64,000 nucleotides of DNA from Camelus dromedarius (Eukaryota): the NCBI RefSeq assembly GCF_036321535.1, contig NC_087447.1:50346001-50410000 (forward strand). Direction: 5' to 3'. The notes under the pieces are model-generated. The model made no database searches. It was not told the origin of the DNA and saw only the letters and a program-made list of their open reading frames with translations. Positions 61,841-64,000 of the stretch are shown here, in pieces (within the stretch, counting starts at the first letter, position 1; every line of letters begins with the position of its first letter). A program made the translations under genes and the position numbers.

Positions 61841-64000
61841 ATTGAATAGTTACCGTCCTTGCTCTGATGGACATACAATCTGGTTTAGACGGCCTCTTAC
61901 AGTTCTCTTTAAGTGGTGAAGCTCCCGGAAGCTGCCTTTATCCCCTCCTGAAAGGCAAGGGGGCATACCTGAAAATTCCTTGAGGCTCATTGATCCGGTG
62001 AAACCCAAGCATCCTCTGGAATCTTGATTGCCTCACCAGAATCCCAGCGGGAACTGGCTCCCATGCCAAGTTCCAGAGCGGCTCTGCTGGGATTTCCTAT
62101 GGTCCTGCTGAGATCCTGGTGGTCTGTGCAGAACCCCTGGGCCCTGCTGAAGTAAACAACGTGGATATTCTGTGGTTGGGATGTTTCATTCCAGTTGACA
62201 AGACTTGTGGGCTGAGTGCTCAAGCTAAGACAAAGCAGAGAAACCTGAACCAGATGGATGAGGAGAGGGAAGCCTTCTCGTATGGGAGGCTGACTCCCCA
62301 CTGCGCCCCATCCCACTGGCAGCAGCCAGAGAAGCCCCCTCAGGAGTCCACACCTGCCCCAGGGCTGACCGGCTTTGTGGGCAAGGGCGGGTGGGTGTGG
62401 AGGCCCACACCTCCAGTAGCTCAGGGGTCAGAGCAAGTTCTCCCTACCAGATTGATCTTACTCCCCTGGATGGTGCGTCGTAGGCTGAGAGGGCCCTAGA
62501 GATCGAGTCATAGAGCCTCAACGTCTCACAAGCAGAGAAACTGAGGGCCAGACAGGGGAGCAACCCCCTAAAATCACACAGCAAGCTGAGACTAGAACGT
62601 GCATCTTCCAACCATCAGTCAGGGGTTTTGAACCAGGCAGAAGTCACAGGGCAGGCAGGCCTGGGGGAGCAGGGGCGGAGAGCACTAAGGCAGAACCACT
62701 TCCCCTGAGCCCATCGGAGGGCATCGGAGGACCTCCACCACCATCAAATGCAGGTGGTATTTGAACTCTTAGTAGACTGACTGGATTTCAACTGACAAGG
62801 AAGATATTCCTGGGGGAGGGGACGGCGGGAGGCTGGGTTAAGACAGTTTCCGACATGGGGACCTATGAGGAACCTCATGGCTAGTGTCCAGGTTGGGTGT
62901 GCAGGGGTGAGGGGTGAGTGGTGGGTCTCAAGGCCTTGTCTTGGCCATCAGCACTTAGCCTTATGCCCAGTGGGAGAATTAGGGATCAAGGACTTAATGC
63001 TCGGAAGGGATCAGGGAACACAGGAGGGGGCGACCTGGAAGCCCCTCAGCCCCACCCTACCCTGGTTCTCAGTTCTCTCTTGGCCCTTGCTCCCCTCCCC
63101 GACCCAAGGCAGCACTGTCCCTACAGGTGGCCGCCTCTCCGTGCCAAGTGCTAGTGCTATTTTGGGATGCAGAACCTGCCAGTTGAGTGAGGCCTGGGCT
63201 CGGGGCCCCACCTCCCGCAGGGATGCTGAAGGTCTGGGAAGCAGGAGCAGGGCCTGGGAAAACAGGCCATCAAAGCTGCCTGGGCAATTCCCTCCGGCCG
63301 TGGAGAGGAGAGGGCTGCAGGGTCACAGCGGACAGCTAAATATAGGGACACTCGGAGGTGGAAGTGGTTCCTGCCGGCTGCAGGGGGCCATCCAGTTCCT
63401 TCTCCCAGGAGTGGGGAGGCGGCTCTCGGGAACAGGGTTTATGAGACAGCTCTGTGAGCCAGGCCCAGCCTGTGGTGGACTCGGGGGCTTGGAGGACCAC
63501 AGTCTGGATCTCAGTTAGATCTTCATCTATGTGGGGGTTGTGGCATTGGTTATCCACCACCCCGCAGTCTTATTGGTTTATTCCAACCTTATCTAATGGG
63601 ATCCTGATCTGGGCTAGGACTTGTGTTTGGACCTCAGGCTCAGAAGTCCCCGCTTAGGAACAGATACTTTCCTGGGGAGCTAAATTTATAAATGGCCAAC
63701 AATCTGTGGGTAAATAGAATGAGGACTGACGCTAGAACATCATCATCTTCCCCACTAGAATGCGAGCTCCCAGAGGGAGGGATTTTTGTCTGTTTGGTCT
63801 GCTGCTATATACCCAGCAGCCCCTAGATCAGTGCCTGGTATACAGTAGGTGCTCAATAAATTGAATAGCTGAATGAATGATTCTGCCCAGTGAATCAAAA
63901 CAAGCTTTATGGTGGACGGTGGGGGGTGGTGGGGGGCGGAGCTGTGGCTCTTGAAGAAAGGACAGAACTTAAAAAAAATTTTTTTTGACGTGTAGTTGAT

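Noticed and set aside
63018..63035. CTCF-like motif acaggagggggcga (other partial matches at about 60200, 60685, 60770)
   Set aside because: These are partial matches in GC-rich DNA and cannot be supported without PWM scoring or ChIP data.
62865..63518. 217-aa ORF as a possible LRRC32 exon
   Set aside because: It has no leucine-rich repeat pattern (LxxLxLxxN). LRRC32 coding sequence was not seen in the window.

Overview
This is mammalian genomic DNA, most likely camelid, judging from two tRNA-Ala-like SINEs that resemble vic-1. Bases 1 to about 24.6 kb hold the 3' half of EMSY (C11orf30, BRCA2-interacting transcriptional repressor) on the + strand. Eight coding exons join with consistent GT-AG phases: 1665-1863, 9119-9283, 10953-11108, 12144-12185, 14524-14675, 16595-17158, 18127-18627 and 22476-22670. 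Together they give 1974 nt, or 657 aa plus the stop, followed by a ~1.9 kb AT-rich 3' UTR with several AATAAA signals. The rest is intergenic and, by human synteny, should be the EMSY-LRRC32 interval. It contains a nested L2/L1 block (~25-34.7 kb), a shift to GC-rich DNA after ~35 kb, a PFDN4 processed pseudogene, and many MIR, L2, MLT1, LTR16 and MER fossils. It also has clusters of STAT5/STAT6, NF-kB, AP-1 and RUNX motifs that may mark the ortholog of the Treg enhancer of LRRC32/GARP. I found no convincing new biological system. The most interesting observations are an apparent orphan 3'-transduction, an L1 fragment inserted at the pseudogene's polyA signal, alternative-splicing features of EMSY, an unexplained GC-rich intronic block, and the candidate immune enhancers. 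Repeat family names come from recall of consensus sequences, and repeat boundaries are approximate unless a TSD is given.
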